Shown one piece after another: positions 31,352-40,852 of a stretch of 64,000 bases of DNA. This stretch comes from Bacilli bacterium (GTDB taxonomy: Bacteria; Bacillota_I; Bacilli_A; RF39; UBA660). The DNA is taken from positions 49,917 through 113,916 of the forward strand of contig JAFRCK010000023.1 of NCBI GenBank assembly GCA_017404385.1. The letters run 5' to 3'. How positions within the stretch are numbered: the first letter of the stretch is position 1; each line of letters begins with the position of its first letter. Both the position numbers and the translations under genes were made by a program. The notes under the pieces are model-generated. The model made no database searches, had not been told where the DNA came from, and was given only the letters and a program-made list of their open reading frames with translations.

Positions 31352-32245
31352 ATGGAAAAAATTATTAAGTTTTTAGATTATTTGGATAATCAAAAGAATT
31401 ATTCTGATTATACTATATTAAATTATAAAAAAGATATTGAAGAATACTATGAATTTTTGAAAGAAAAAAAATATTCATTTGATAATATGGACTATAAAAA
31501 ATGTGTTGATTATTTATTATTTTTAGAAAAAAAAGATTTAAAGAAAACTAGTGTTTCTAGAAGACTAAGTTCTCTTAGAACTTTTTACAAGTTTTTAGTA
31601 TTAAATAATTATGTAGATTCTAATCCTTTTTTATTAGTTTCTTCACCAAAAAAAGAAAAGAGAATACCCAAATTTATTAATTATCAAGGAATAGATGAAA
31701 TTTTTAATATTCCTAATTTAAATACACCGGATGGGCAACGAGAAAGAGTAATTCTAGAAGTATTATATGGATCAGGTGTACGTGTATCAGAACTAGTTAG
31801 TATTAAAATTAAGGATATAGATTTTAATAATAGAACTATATTAATATTTGGAAAAGGTAGTAAAGAGAGATTAGTTTCTTTTGGAGAACCAGCTTTAGAT
31901 GCTATCAAAAACTATTTGGAAGATGGAAGAAAAGTATTATTAGGCGAAATAAATAGTGATTATTTAATAGTAGGTAAAGAAAAAGAAAACTTAACAACAA
32001 GAAGAATAGAACAAATTATTAATGATTTAATAAAAGAAACCAGTATAAAAATGAATATAACACCTCATATGTTTAGACATACTTTCGCAACTCATCTATT
32101 AGATCAAGGCTGTGATCTAATCGCAGTTCAAGAATTGCTAGGGCATGAATCATTATCATCTACTGAAATCTATACTCATGTATCAAATGAACATTTAAGA
32201 GAAGTATATATGAAATGTCATCCTAGAAATTTTGACAAAAAATAA
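31352..32245 (+). CDS. xerC: Tyrosine recombinase, XerC/CodV-like
   Basis: GSGVRVSEL, GKGSKER, TPHMFRHTFATHLL, LGH, TEIYTH: complete R-H-R-Y set; no cargo context. Confidence 0.88.
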   Translation: MEKIIKFLDYLDNQKNYSDYTILNYKKDIEEYYEFLKEKKYSFDNMDYKKCVDYLLFLEKKDLKKTSVSRRLSSLRTFYKFLVLNNYVDSNPFLLVSSPKKEKRIPKFINYQGIDEIFNIPNLNTPDGQRERVILEVLYGSGVRVSELVSIKIKDIDFNNRTILIFGKGSKERLVSFGEPALDAIKNYLEDGRKVLLGEINSDYLIVGKEKENLTTRRIEQIINDLIKETSIKMNITPHMFRHTFATHLLDQGCDLIAVQELLGHESLSSTEIYTHVSNEHLREVYMKCHPRNFDKK

Positions 32246-32284
32246 TTGTTACTGTATTATATTTGCTTATCAAAGGGGATTATT

Positions 32285-32995
32285 ATGGATATTATAGATA
32301 TTAGTAGAGAAAAGCTAGACTCGTTTCGTACAATAAAAAAAGATATTGTATGGGTAGATAATAATTATGTATATAAAAAAGATTTTACTTTTGAAAGAAA
32401 AAAGGATTTGTTCGAAATATTAAGAACGTTTGAAGAAACAAAAGACTGTATTTTGCCAGAGAAAAATTTATATCTTAATGGTAATCCATTTGGTTATATA
32501 ACCAAGTATGATAAAGAAAAAGATAAATTAACAAAAAGAATAATAAAAGGAGATTTATTACATAAGGAAAAACTATTAATAATTAGAGAATTAATTCGTA
32601 TAATAAAAGAAATACATAGTGTTGGTTTTACCCATGGAGATTTTCATACAGATAACATATTATATTCAAAAAATGGAGTTAAATTAATAGATTTTGATAA
32701 TTCTACTTTAAGTGGTGAATCTACTGAGATTTATCATAATGGTAAGATAAAAGCAGACATGGCTTTATTAAATATAGATATATTAAATATACTTGGTGAT
32801 AAAGTAATAACTGTTGAATCTCAGTTAATACCATTTATTAAATGTTTGGATATTAGTGAAGATTATAAATCATATTTAATCGCATCTATATCATATAAAG
32901 ATAGTGTTAAAGAAATATATCCAGATAAGTATTTAGAAGAAATAAACGGAAAGTTAGAAACACAAGTAAGAAAACTAATTAGGAGTATAAAATGA
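32285..32995 (+). CDS. Protein kinase-like (RIO/Kdo/PKL-type) protein
   Basis: HGDFHTDNIL catalytic loop and LIDFDN; short N-lobe. Confidence 0.78.
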   Translation: MDIIDISREKLDSFRTIKKDIVWVDNNYVYKKDFTFERKKDLFEILRTFEETKDCILPEKNLYLNGNPFGYITKYDKEKDKLTKRIIKGDLLHKEKLLIIRELIRIIKEIHSVGFTHGDFHTDNILYSKNGVKLIDFDNSTLSGESTEIYHNGKIKADMALLNIDILNILGDKVITVESQLIPFIKCLDISEDYKSYLIASISYKDSVKEIYPDKYLEEINGKLETQVRKLIRSIK

Positions 32996-33252
32996 TAGAT
33001 ATTTTTACAAATAATTTACCTCATATGGATTTACATGGGGAAGATAGAATAAACTCAATAATAAAAGTAGATGAGTTTATAAATGATAATATAAAATTAA
33101 GAAATAAAAAAATAGTTATTATTCATGGTATTGGAGAAGGAATTCTTAAAAAAGCAGTACATGATTATTTAAAAAAAGATAAAAGAGTATTAGATTATAA
33201 TTTAGGAATAAATAATGGTGAAACTATTGTCTCTCTTAAATTTGACAAATAA
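32992..33252 (+). CDS. Stand-alone Smr domain protein
   Basis: MDLHG, IIHGIGEGILK, NNGETIV. Confidence 0.9.
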   Translation: MIDIFTNNLPHMDLHGEDRINSIIKVDEFINDNIKLRNKKIVIIHGIGEGILKKAVHDYLKKDKRVLDYNLGINNGETIVSLKFDK

Positions 33253-33396
33253 TTATATCTATATATAATAGATGTCAATTCAAAAGGGGGACTTTTCTTA
33301 TATTTAAAATATAAAAAAATACCCAATTTATTTGACAAAATATGAGGTTTGTGTTAGTATAAAACACGTTTCATTTAAAAAGAAGGGGGACTTTTT

Positions 33397-35640
33397 ATGA
33401 AAAACTCAACTTTTATAAGGGATTTATTAGTAAAAGTATTATTAATTGTTATTTTTATATTTTTATTAATGTATTTATTCCCAATGCCAAATTTATCACC
33501 ATTTTATAGTTCTATATTTAATGATAATGTACAAACTATGAAAGATGCGGCTGAAGATTACTATACTACTGAAAGAATGCCTAAAGATGAAGGTAAATCA
33601 ACTAAGATGACTTTAAAAGAAATGGAGGAAAAGAAGTTAGTTCTTCCATTCGTAGATAAAGATAATAAATCTTGTGATAAGAATAAGTCTTATGTTGAAG
33701 TTACTAAGTTAAAAGATGAATATGAATTAAAGGTATCTTTAACTTGTGGTAAAGAATCAAATTATATTATCGAAAAGATTGGTTGTTATAATTTCTGTCC
33801 AACTGGTACTTGTACATTAGCGGATATTAAGAATCAAGAACCAGAAGCTAAACCAGTAACAACAAATACTGATAAGGATGGTAACGTTACTGTTAATGTT
33901 CCAAGTGGAAGATATGTTTATGAATATGAATATGTTAAAAATCATTACAATGAAAATTGGACATTAGGTTCATGGAGAAATACAAAAGTATCTGAAAATG
34001 ATAATGTTAAATTGAATGATACTAGAACTCAATATACAGGTCAAAAGAAAGTTACTTCAGGAACAAAATTATATGAACAAATATCATACGGATATAAAGA
34101 TAATTGGACATATGATAATGATTGGACTACAGAAGTTAAAACACAAACAGATAATTTAAAGTTATGGAAAGAAAGAACTTTATATACTGGTGATAAAAAA
34201 GTAGAAAAGAAAACTACTGAATATGAACATGTTAAATATGGATATAAAGATAACTGGACATATGATAATGATTGGACTACAGAAGTTAAAACACAAACAG
34301 ATAAATTAAAATTATGGAAAGAAAGAACTTTATATACAGGTCAAAAGAGAATAGCTAACAATACTACTGAATATAGACATGTTAAATATAAAACAACTGA
34401 AAAGTGGAATGAAACTGGATGGTCTACTAAAAAAAGAACAGAAACAACTGATACTAAGTTAGTTGGAACAAGATATACAGTTTCTAAGGATATAACTACT
34501 ACAACTAATACATGTACTGGTTATACTACTGATTCTAATTGGTATACAAGTAAACCAGCTGATACTAGTTCAAGAAAATATGATTCAACTCCAGTTAATA
34601 GTAAAACTGAAAGTGGAGATTGGAAGTTAATAGATGGATCATATGCATCTAGATATAGTATGTCAACATATGTTGGTAATAGATGGTATGAATTCTTATA
34701 TTCTCAAATGGAAACTTGTACTGTTGCTTGTAATGGTCAATCTAGAATAAGAATGTATTATTATAGAGTTTATGAAAAAGGTGCAGGTAAAACATTATAT
34801 CAATATAGATATTGTACACCTAAGTCAAGTTCTACAACTAAAACAGATACACAAGTTGTAACTGATTTAAAGACTTGGCAAGATAAAGGTTATAAGTTAA
34901 TTAAGACTGAATATAACTATAAAGTAAGAACAGTTACTAAAGAAGCAATAGGTGATATATGGACAAACAGTAAAACTAGTCCAAGTGGATATGAGTATAC
35001 TGGTGAAACTAGAACAAAGACTACATATACTTATGAACAATTAAATAAATGGGTAACTAATAAAGATTTATTAGGAGAATATACATATAATATTAATACA
35101 ACTAAACAATATAAATATGCATATAATAACCCAACAAGATATATAGAAGACACTAAATGGACAAATAGTAAAACTAGTCCAAGTGGATATGTATATACTG
35201 GTAATAGTAAGACTACTACTACTGTATCATTTGAACCATTAAATAAGTGGGTTACAAGTACTAGTGAATTAGGAGAATATACTTATAACACTAAAACAAC
35301 AAAACAATATAAGTATAAATATAATAATCCTGAAAAGTATGTTAAAGATACTATCTGGACTACAGAAAATGTAGCAAGACAAGGATATGAATTAACTGGT
35401 AGAACTAAAGATACTTCTAAGACTACTTACATAGATTTAGGTATCTGGGTAAATAGTAAAAGTGAACTTGGTGAATATACTTATAATGTTCAATCAAGAA
35501 CTCAATATAGATATAGATATAGAGAAGTTACAAATAATAAAGAATATAAATGGGCAACTAAGAATCCAGGTGATGGTTGGGAACCAACTGGTAATTCAAG
35601 AAAAAAATATATAGCTGATACAGCTAATAGACAAAAATAA
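33397..35640 (+). CDS. Large pilin-like surface protein with nested repeat stalk
   Basis: N-terminal TM and Cys-containing head, then W/Y/T/K-rich repeats of about 50 aa and about 66 aa. Confidence 0.8.
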   Translation: MKNSTFIRDLLVKVLLIVIFIFLLMYLFPMPNLSPFYSSIFNDNVQTMKDAAEDYYTTERMPKDEGKSTKMTLKEMEEKKLVLPFVDKDNKSCDKNKSYVEVTKLKDEYELKVSLTCGKESNYIIEKIGCYNFCPTGTCTLADIKNQEPEAKPVTTNTDKDGNVTVNVPSGRYVYEYEYVKNHYNENWTLGSWRNTKVSENDNVKLNDTRTQYTGQKKVTSGTKLYEQISYGYKDNWTYDNDWTTEVKTQTDNLKLWKERTLYTGDKKVEKKTTEYEHVKYGYKDNWTYDNDWTTEVKTQTDKLKLWKERTLYTGQKRIANNTTEYRHVKYKTTEKWNETGWSTKKRTETTDTKLVGTRYTVSKDITTTTNTCTGYTTDSNWYTSKPADTSSRKYDSTPVNSKTESGDWKLIDGSYASRYSMSTYVGNRWYEFLYSQMETCTVACNGQSRIRMYYYRVYEKGAGKTLYQYRYCTPKSSSTTKTDTQVVTDLKTWQDKGYKLIKTEYNYKVRTVTKEAIGDIWTNSKTSPSGYEYTGETRTKTTYTYEQLNKWVTNKDLLGEYTYNINTTKQYKYAYNNPTRYIEDTKWTNSKTSPSGYVYTGNSKTTTTVSFEPLNKWVTSTSELGEYTYNTKTTKQYKYKYNNPEKYVKDTIWTTENVARQGYELTGRTKDTSKTTYIDLGIWVNSKSELGEYTYNVQSRTQYRYRYREVTNNKEYKWATKNPGDGWEPTGNSRKKYIADTANRQK
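33958..34470 (+). repeat. Intragenic tandem repeat, 147-150 nt period (4 units; units 2 and 3 nearly identical)
   Basis: GATATAAAGATAA(T/C)TGGACATATGATAATGATTGG at 34091 and 34241; anchor Trp codons at 33958, 34105, 34255, 34405. Confidence 0.9.
34960..35605 (+). repeat. Intragenic tandem repeat, 195-198 nt period
   Basis: WTNSKTSPSGY at 34960 and 35158; related WTTE at 35356 and WATK at 35551; LGEYTYN occurs three times. Confidence 0.88.
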
Positions 35641-35699
35641 GCGAAAATTATTCGCTTATTTTTTTTCTTGTGTTAAAATGAGTTAAAGGAGGTATTAAT

Positions 35700-37862
35700 A
35701 TGACAATTGATGTTTTAGTTGAAATAAATATAAATAAGAAAGATAAAACTTTCTCTTATAATGTTCCTGAGACTATGATTAATGAAATATATTTAGGTAA
35801 AAGAGTATTAGTACCTTTTGGTAAACAAACTTTAGAAGGCTTTATATTAGGTATACATGATAAACAAGATACTGATTTAAAAGATATAATTAAAGTAATA
35901 GATAAAGACTCTATTTTAAATAAAGAATTATTGGAACTTGGAAAACGAATTAGTGAAGATAGTGTTACAAACTTAGTGTCTGTTTATCAATCTATGCTAC
36001 CTAAAGGTTATAAAGCATCTATTAAAAATACTGTTAAAGAAAAAACAGTTTTATATGTGAAATTAAATAATATAAATAATGTAAAAGAATATTTAACTAA
36101 AACAAAATCTAAGAATCAAATAGAAGTATTAAATAAACTATTAATAAATGATTTACCATTAAGAGATTTAAATACAAGTTCAGTTAATACTTTGGTAGAA
36201 AAAGGATTAGTTACTAAATACAGTAAAGAAGAATATAGACTTAATAATGAAAGTGTGGATAAGGTTGTTACAAAGTTAAATACTGATCAAGAAAATGCTT
36301 ATAATAAGATAATTAATAGTGATAAAGATGTAATTTTATTAAATGGAGTAACTGGTAGTGGTAAAACAGAAATATATATGTCTTTAATAGATAAAGTTCT
36401 TAGTGAAGGAAAAGAAGCAATAGTATTAGTGCCTGAAATTAGTTTGACACCTCAAATAATACAAAGATTTAGATCTCATTTTAAAGAAGAAATAGCTGTT
36501 TTACATAGTGCATTATCTGATGGTGAAAGATATGATGAATATAGAAAGATTATCAGAAAAGAAGTTAAAATAGTTATAGGAGCAAGATCTGCTATTTTCG
36601 CACCATTTACTAATATAGGAATAATAATTATAGATGAAGAACATTCTAATACATATAAACAAGATCATAATCCTAGATATAATGCTATAGAAGTAGCCTT
36701 TTTAAGAGGAAAAACATATAATGCTAAAGTAGTACTAGGTTCAGCAACACCAACAATAGAAAGTTATGCAAGAGCTAAAAAGGGGTATTATGAGCTAGTA
36801 GAATTAAAAACAAGAGCAAATAATGCAGTACTTCCATTAGTTAATATAATAGATATGACTAAAGAAATTAGAAAAGGTAATAAGATGTTTTCTAAAGAAT
36901 TATTATTATCTATAGAAGATAGATTAAATAAACAAGAACAAATATTATTATTAATTAATAAAAGAGGTTATTCTAATTATTTGATGTGTGAATTTTGTGG
37001 AAGTGTAAGAAAATGTCCTAATTGTGATATTACTCTTACTTATCATAAAACAAGTGATATGAATAGATGTCATTATTGTGGTTATGCAGAGAATAATACT
37101 AAAATATGTTCTGATTGTAAAAAGGATAGTTTAAGACAAATGGGATATGGTACTGAAAAAGTAGAAGAGGAATTGATAAAATTATTTCCAAATATAAGAA
37201 CACTTAGAATGGATATCGATACAACTACTAAAAAAGGATCTCATGAAGAAATAATAAAATCATTTATGAATCATGAAGCAGATGCTTTAATTGGTACACA
37301 AATGATAGCTAAAGGTCTTGATTTTCCATTAGTAACATTAGTAGGAGTAATAAACGCTGATACTATACTTAATTTACCTGATTTTAGATCGTGTGAAAGA
37401 ACTTATGATTTACTTTCTCAAGTATCAGGTAGAGCTGGCAGAAGTTCATTACCAGGGAAAGTAATTATACAAACATATAATCCAGATAATTATTCTATAA
37501 AATTATCTAAAACTCATAATTATGAAGAATTCTATAATGAAGAAATAAAAATAAGAAAGAAATTATATTATCCTCCATATTCATTTATTGCATTAATAAA
37601 GATAGGTGGTAAAGATTTTAAAGAAACTATTAATGAATCAAATAAAATAGGTGATTATTTAAGAAATAAAGTTGAAAAAGAAATAGTATTAGGACCATCA
37701 GTAGGATCAGTATCTAGAATTAATAATATATACTACTTTGAAATAATTATTAAATATAGGGATAAACAAAAGATTATAGATCTATTAAATGAAATAAAAT
37801 CATTAACTGAAAATAATAGAAAAATAAAAGTAGAATTTGACATAAATCCTAATAGTTTATAA
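35700..37862 (+). CDS. priA: Primosomal protein N'
   Basis: GVTGSGKTE, VPEISLTPQ, DEEH, two Cys-rich zinc sites, GTQMIAKGLDF, QVSGRAGR. Confidence 0.98.
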   Translation: MTIDVLVEININKKDKTFSYNVPETMINEIYLGKRVLVPFGKQTLEGFILGIHDKQDTDLKDIIKVIDKDSILNKELLELGKRISEDSVTNLVSVYQSMLPKGYKASIKNTVKEKTVLYVKLNNINNVKEYLTKTKSKNQIEVLNKLLINDLPLRDLNTSSVNTLVEKGLVTKYSKEEYRLNNESVDKVVTKLNTDQENAYNKIINSDKDVILLNGVTGSGKTEIYMSLIDKVLSEGKEAIVLVPEISLTPQIIQRFRSHFKEEIAVLHSALSDGERYDEYRKIIRKEVKIVIGARSAIFAPFTNIGIIIIDEEHSNTYKQDHNPRYNAIEVAFLRGKTYNAKVVLGSATPTIESYARAKKGYYELVELKTRANNAVLPLVNIIDMTKEIRKGNKMFSKELLLSIEDRLNKQEQILLLINKRGYSNYLMCEFCGSVRKCPNCDITLTYHKTSDMNRCHYCGYAENNTKICSDCKKDSLRQMGYGTEKVEEELIKLFPNIRTLRMDIDTTTKKGSHEEIIKSFMNHEADALIGTQMIAKGLDFPLVTLVGVINADTILNLPDFRSCERTYDLLSQVSGRAGRSSLPGKVIIQTYNPDNYSIKLSKTHNYEEFYNEEIKIRKKLYYPPYSFIALIKIGGKDFKETINESNKIGDYLRNKVEKEIVLGPSVGSVSRINNIYYFEIIIKYRDKQKIIDLLNEIKSLTENNRKIKVEFDINPNSL

Positions 37863-38713
37863 ATTAAGACTTGCTTTAGTAGTATTATTTCTATATAATT
37901 TTAATAGGAGGTATAGTATGAGCGAAACAAAAGATAAATATTATCTTAGAGAAGAGTTTAAAAATGATTATTTAAATGAAGATAGGATATTTTTTCACTC
38001 GGGTTATGATGATCATGATCAAATAGGCAATTTTAATGATATTGAAGAAAATGAATTTATAGGAATTCTTGTTAATCCAAAAAGTTTTGGTATGATTATC
38101 CCAAAAGTTTTAGAGGGAGATCTTTTTATGATGTATGAACCAGAAGATTCTTCAAGGAGTTTTCCAGATTCAATAAATACAGCTTTGAAAAGTTTGGTTG
38201 TTGATGATTCACTAGGGATTCCATTAATTGTAAAAAAAATAAGAGACAATAAAGTTCAAGAAATTTTATCGGGAGAAGAATTTTTAATTAGAACTACTGG
38301 TCCTGATTCTATATATGGTGATATAGATTGGACTGAACTTCCTGAAAAAGAAATATCTTTTCAAAATGAAGTATATAGAACAATAAAGGATAATAATGCA
38401 TATGTTGATTGTATGTGTTCAGAGCATAGATGGGGATATGTTAAAATAGATGATTATTTTAAAAGTCTATATGCGGATACAACATTAGAAAAAAAAGAAG
38501 ACTTAGTAACAGTATTAAAAGCAATAAAGGATGTATCTAAAAAGAAATTTGATGAAGAAGAAAAGAAAGCACTAGATAGATTACATAAAGTTGCTGAGGT
38601 TGATAACTTATTATATGATGAAAAAAAATCAGGTAAGAAAAATATGTAAAATCATTAATTAAAATAATAAAAAGTTAAAAGTAGAATTTGACATAAAACC
38701 TAATAATTTTTAG
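37795..38713 (+). repeat. Imperfect direct repeat of about 68 bp (priA 3' end at 37795-37862; second copy at 38647-38713) flanking an orphan gene
   Basis: Shared core TAAAAGTAGAATTTGACATAAA; 9 differences in 68 positions by manual alignment. Confidence 0.85.
37918..38649 (+). CDS. Hypothetical acidic protein (inserted orphan)
   Basis: 243 aa, TTGCTT/TATAAT promoter, AGGAGG RBS. Confidence 0.75.
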   Translation: MSETKDKYYLREEFKNDYLNEDRIFFHSGYDDHDQIGNFNDIEENEFIGILVNPKSFGMIIPKVLEGDLFMMYEPEDSSRSFPDSINTALKSLVVDDSLGIPLIVKKIRDNKVQEILSGEEFLIRTTGPDSIYGDIDWTELPEKEISFQNEVYRTIKDNNAYVDCMCSEHRWGYVKIDDYFKSLYADTTLEKKEDLVTVLKAIKDVSKKKFDEEEKKALDRLHKVAEVDNLLYDEKKSGKKNM

Positions 38714-38771
38714 TAAAAATGCCTTGTAAAAGGCTTTTTCTTATGCTATAATATGGGTGCTTTTTATAAAA

Positions 38772-38860
38772 AAATGCACAAATATTGATTTATGAACCGA
38801 GTGCTAGTAATAGTGGGGATTAAAGAAGAGATATTTGGAAGTGAAACAAAAGGAGGAATT
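38772..38860 (+). promoter_or_regulatory. Probable rpsB (S2) autoregulatory leader RNA (t44-like)
   Basis: Long 5' UTR after TG-CTATAAT, with CACA...GTG and CAAATAT/ATATTTG pairings and an internal GTGC; position matches the known S2 leader. Confidence 0.5.
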
Positions 38861-38864
38861 TTTT

Positions 38865-39923
38865 ATGTCAGTAGTTTCAATGAGCTATTTATTAGAAGCA
38901 GGTGTTCATTTTGGTCATCAAACAAAAAGATGGAATCCAAAAATGAAAGAGTATATTTATACATCTAGAGAAGATATTTACATTATCGATTTACAAAAAA
39001 CAGTTGTAAAAATCGAAGAAGCATATGCAGCTTTAAAAGAAATCGCAGAAAAGGGTGGAAAGGTATTATTTGTTGGTACTAAGAAACAAGCCCAAGAAGC
39101 AACAGAGGAAGAAGCAAAAAGAACAGATAGTTACTATGTAACTGAAAGATGGTTAGGTGGAACATTAACTAACTTCAGAACAATTAGAAAGAGAATTAAT
39201 AGACTTGATCAAATTGAAAAGATGGAAGAAAATGGTACATTTGACGTATTACCTAAAAAAGAAGTATTAAAGATTAAGAAAGAATATGAAAAATTATTAA
39301 CATACTTTGCTGGTGTTAGAAATATGAAAAAAATACCAGATGCTATGGTAATTGTTGATCCTAAGAAAGAATATAATGCAATTAGAGAAGCACATAAGTT
39401 AGGCATTCCAGTATTTGGTATCGTAGATACTAATTGTGATCCTGATGATTTAGATTATCCAATTCCAGGAAATGATGATGCAGTTAGAGCTATCAAAGTA
39501 GTTTTAGGAGTACTTGCTAATTCTATTGCTGAAGCAACAGGTAAAGAAATGGTAGATTATATTACTGAAGAAGATAAAGAAGTTGCTGAAAAAGAAGTTA
39601 AGGAAACTAAGAAAGAATTAAAATCAGAAGCTGAACCAGTAGTAGAAGAAAAGAAAGCTACTAAAAAAGCAGCTAAAGAAGAAAAAGTAGAAGAAGTAAA
39701 AGAAGAAAAAACAGCAAAGAAAACTACAAAAAAGGTAGAAAAAGAAGTTAAGGAAGAAAAGAAGGAAACTAAAAAGGAAACAAAAAAAGCAACTAAGAAA
39801 GAAGAAAAAGTAGATTTATCTAAATTAACAGTAGCTGAATTAAAAGAAATGGCTAAAGAAAAGGGAATTGAAGGTTACACTAAATTAAAGAAAGCTGAAT
39901 TAGTAGAAGTATTAAATAAATAA
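38865..39923 (+). CDS. rpsB: 30S ribosomal protein S2 with K/E-rich tail and Rho_N-like domain
   Basis: [28 protein letters not shown]; C-terminus [31 protein letters not shown]. Confidence 0.97.
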   Translation: MSVVSMSYLLEAGVHFGHQTKRWNPKMKEYIYTSREDIYIIDLQKTVVKIEEAYAALKEIAEKGGKVLFVGTKKQAQEATEEEAKRTDSYYVTERWLGGTLTNFRTIRKRINRLDQIEKMEENGTFDVLPKKEVLKIKKEYEKLLTYFAGVRNMKKIPDAMVIVDPKKEYNAIREAHKLGIPVFGIVDTNCDPDDLDYPIPGNDDAVRAIKVVLGVLANSIAEATGKEMVDYITEEDKEVAEKEVKETKKELKSEAEPVVEEKKATKKAAKEEKVEEVKEEKTAKKTTKKVEKEVKEEKKETKKETKKATKKEEKVDLSKLTVAELKEMAKEKGIEGYTKLKKAELVEVLNK

Positions 39924-39937
39924 GGAGATTGTTAATT

Positions 39938-40807
39938 ATGGATGCAAGTTTAATTAAAAAATTAAAAGATATGACTAATGCTGGTTTAATGGATTGTAAA
40001 AAAGCATTAGAAGCTAGTAATGAAAATATAGATGAAGCAGTTAAATGGTTGAGAGAAAAAGGAATCAGTAAAGCTGCTAAAAAAGCTGATAGAATAGCTG
40101 CTGAAGGATCATCTAGAGTTTTAGTTGAAGGAAATAATGCAGTTATACTTGAAGTAAACTGTGAAACAGATTTTGTTTCAGCTAATGAAAAATTCACTTC
40201 ATTAATTGATAGAATTGCTAAAGCTATTATCAATAGTGATGCTAAAACAGTTGAGGAAGTTTTAGAATTACCATCTGAAGAAGGAACAGTTAATGATGAT
40301 ATTATCAATGTTACTGCAACTATGGGAGAAAAGATTAGTTTTAGAAGATTTGTTAAAATGACTAAGGCTGATAATGAAGTATTTGGTAAATATATTCATA
40401 TGGGTGGAAAGATTTCTACATTAGTATTAGTAGAAGGAGATAAAGAAGAAGTTGCTAATGATGTTGCAATGCATTTAGCTGCTATGAATCCTAAATACAT
40501 TAGTAGAGATGTAGTTCCAGCATCTGAAATAGAAGAAGAAGCAAAAGTTTTAAAAGAACAAGCTATTAATGAAGGAAAAGCTCCAGAAATAGCTGAAAAA
40601 ATGGTTCAAGGTAGAATTAATAAGTTCTATAAAGATATAGTTATAACTGAACAAGAATTTGTTAAGAATCCTGAATTAACAGTTGGAACTTATTTAAAGA
40701 ACAATTCTTGTACTTTAAAAGATATGATAAGATTTGAAGTAGGAGAAGGAATCGAAAAGAAAGAAGAAAACTTTGCTGAAGAAGTTGCTAAACAAATAAA
40801 CGGATAA
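39938..40807 (+). CDS. tsf: Elongation factor Ts
   Basis: AGLMDCKKAL, EVNCETDFV, RFEVGEGIEK. Confidence 0.98.
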   Translation: MDASLIKKLKDMTNAGLMDCKKALEASNENIDEAVKWLREKGISKAAKKADRIAAEGSSRVLVEGNNAVILEVNCETDFVSANEKFTSLIDRIAKAIINSDAKTVEEVLELPSEEGTVNDDIINVTATMGEKISFRRFVKMTKADNEVFGKYIHMGGKISTLVLVEGDKEEVANDVAMHLAAMNPKYISRDVVPASEIEEEAKVLKEQAINEGKAPEIAEKMVQGRINKFYKDIVITEQEFVKNPELTVGTYLKNNSCTLKDMIRFEVGEGIEKKEENFAEEVAKQING

Positions 40808-40852
40808 GATAGTTCTTATCTGTTTTTTTATAATTAGTATAGAGGTGAAATT

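Noticed and set aside
31352-32245. Tyrosine recombinase as the integrase of a mobile element
   Set aside because: Size and motifs fit housekeeping XerC/CodV; there are no att repeats or phage/ICE genes nearby.
34075-34350. Direct repeats as a CRISPR array
   Set aside because: They are in-frame 150-nt coding repeats with no unique spacers and no cas genes.
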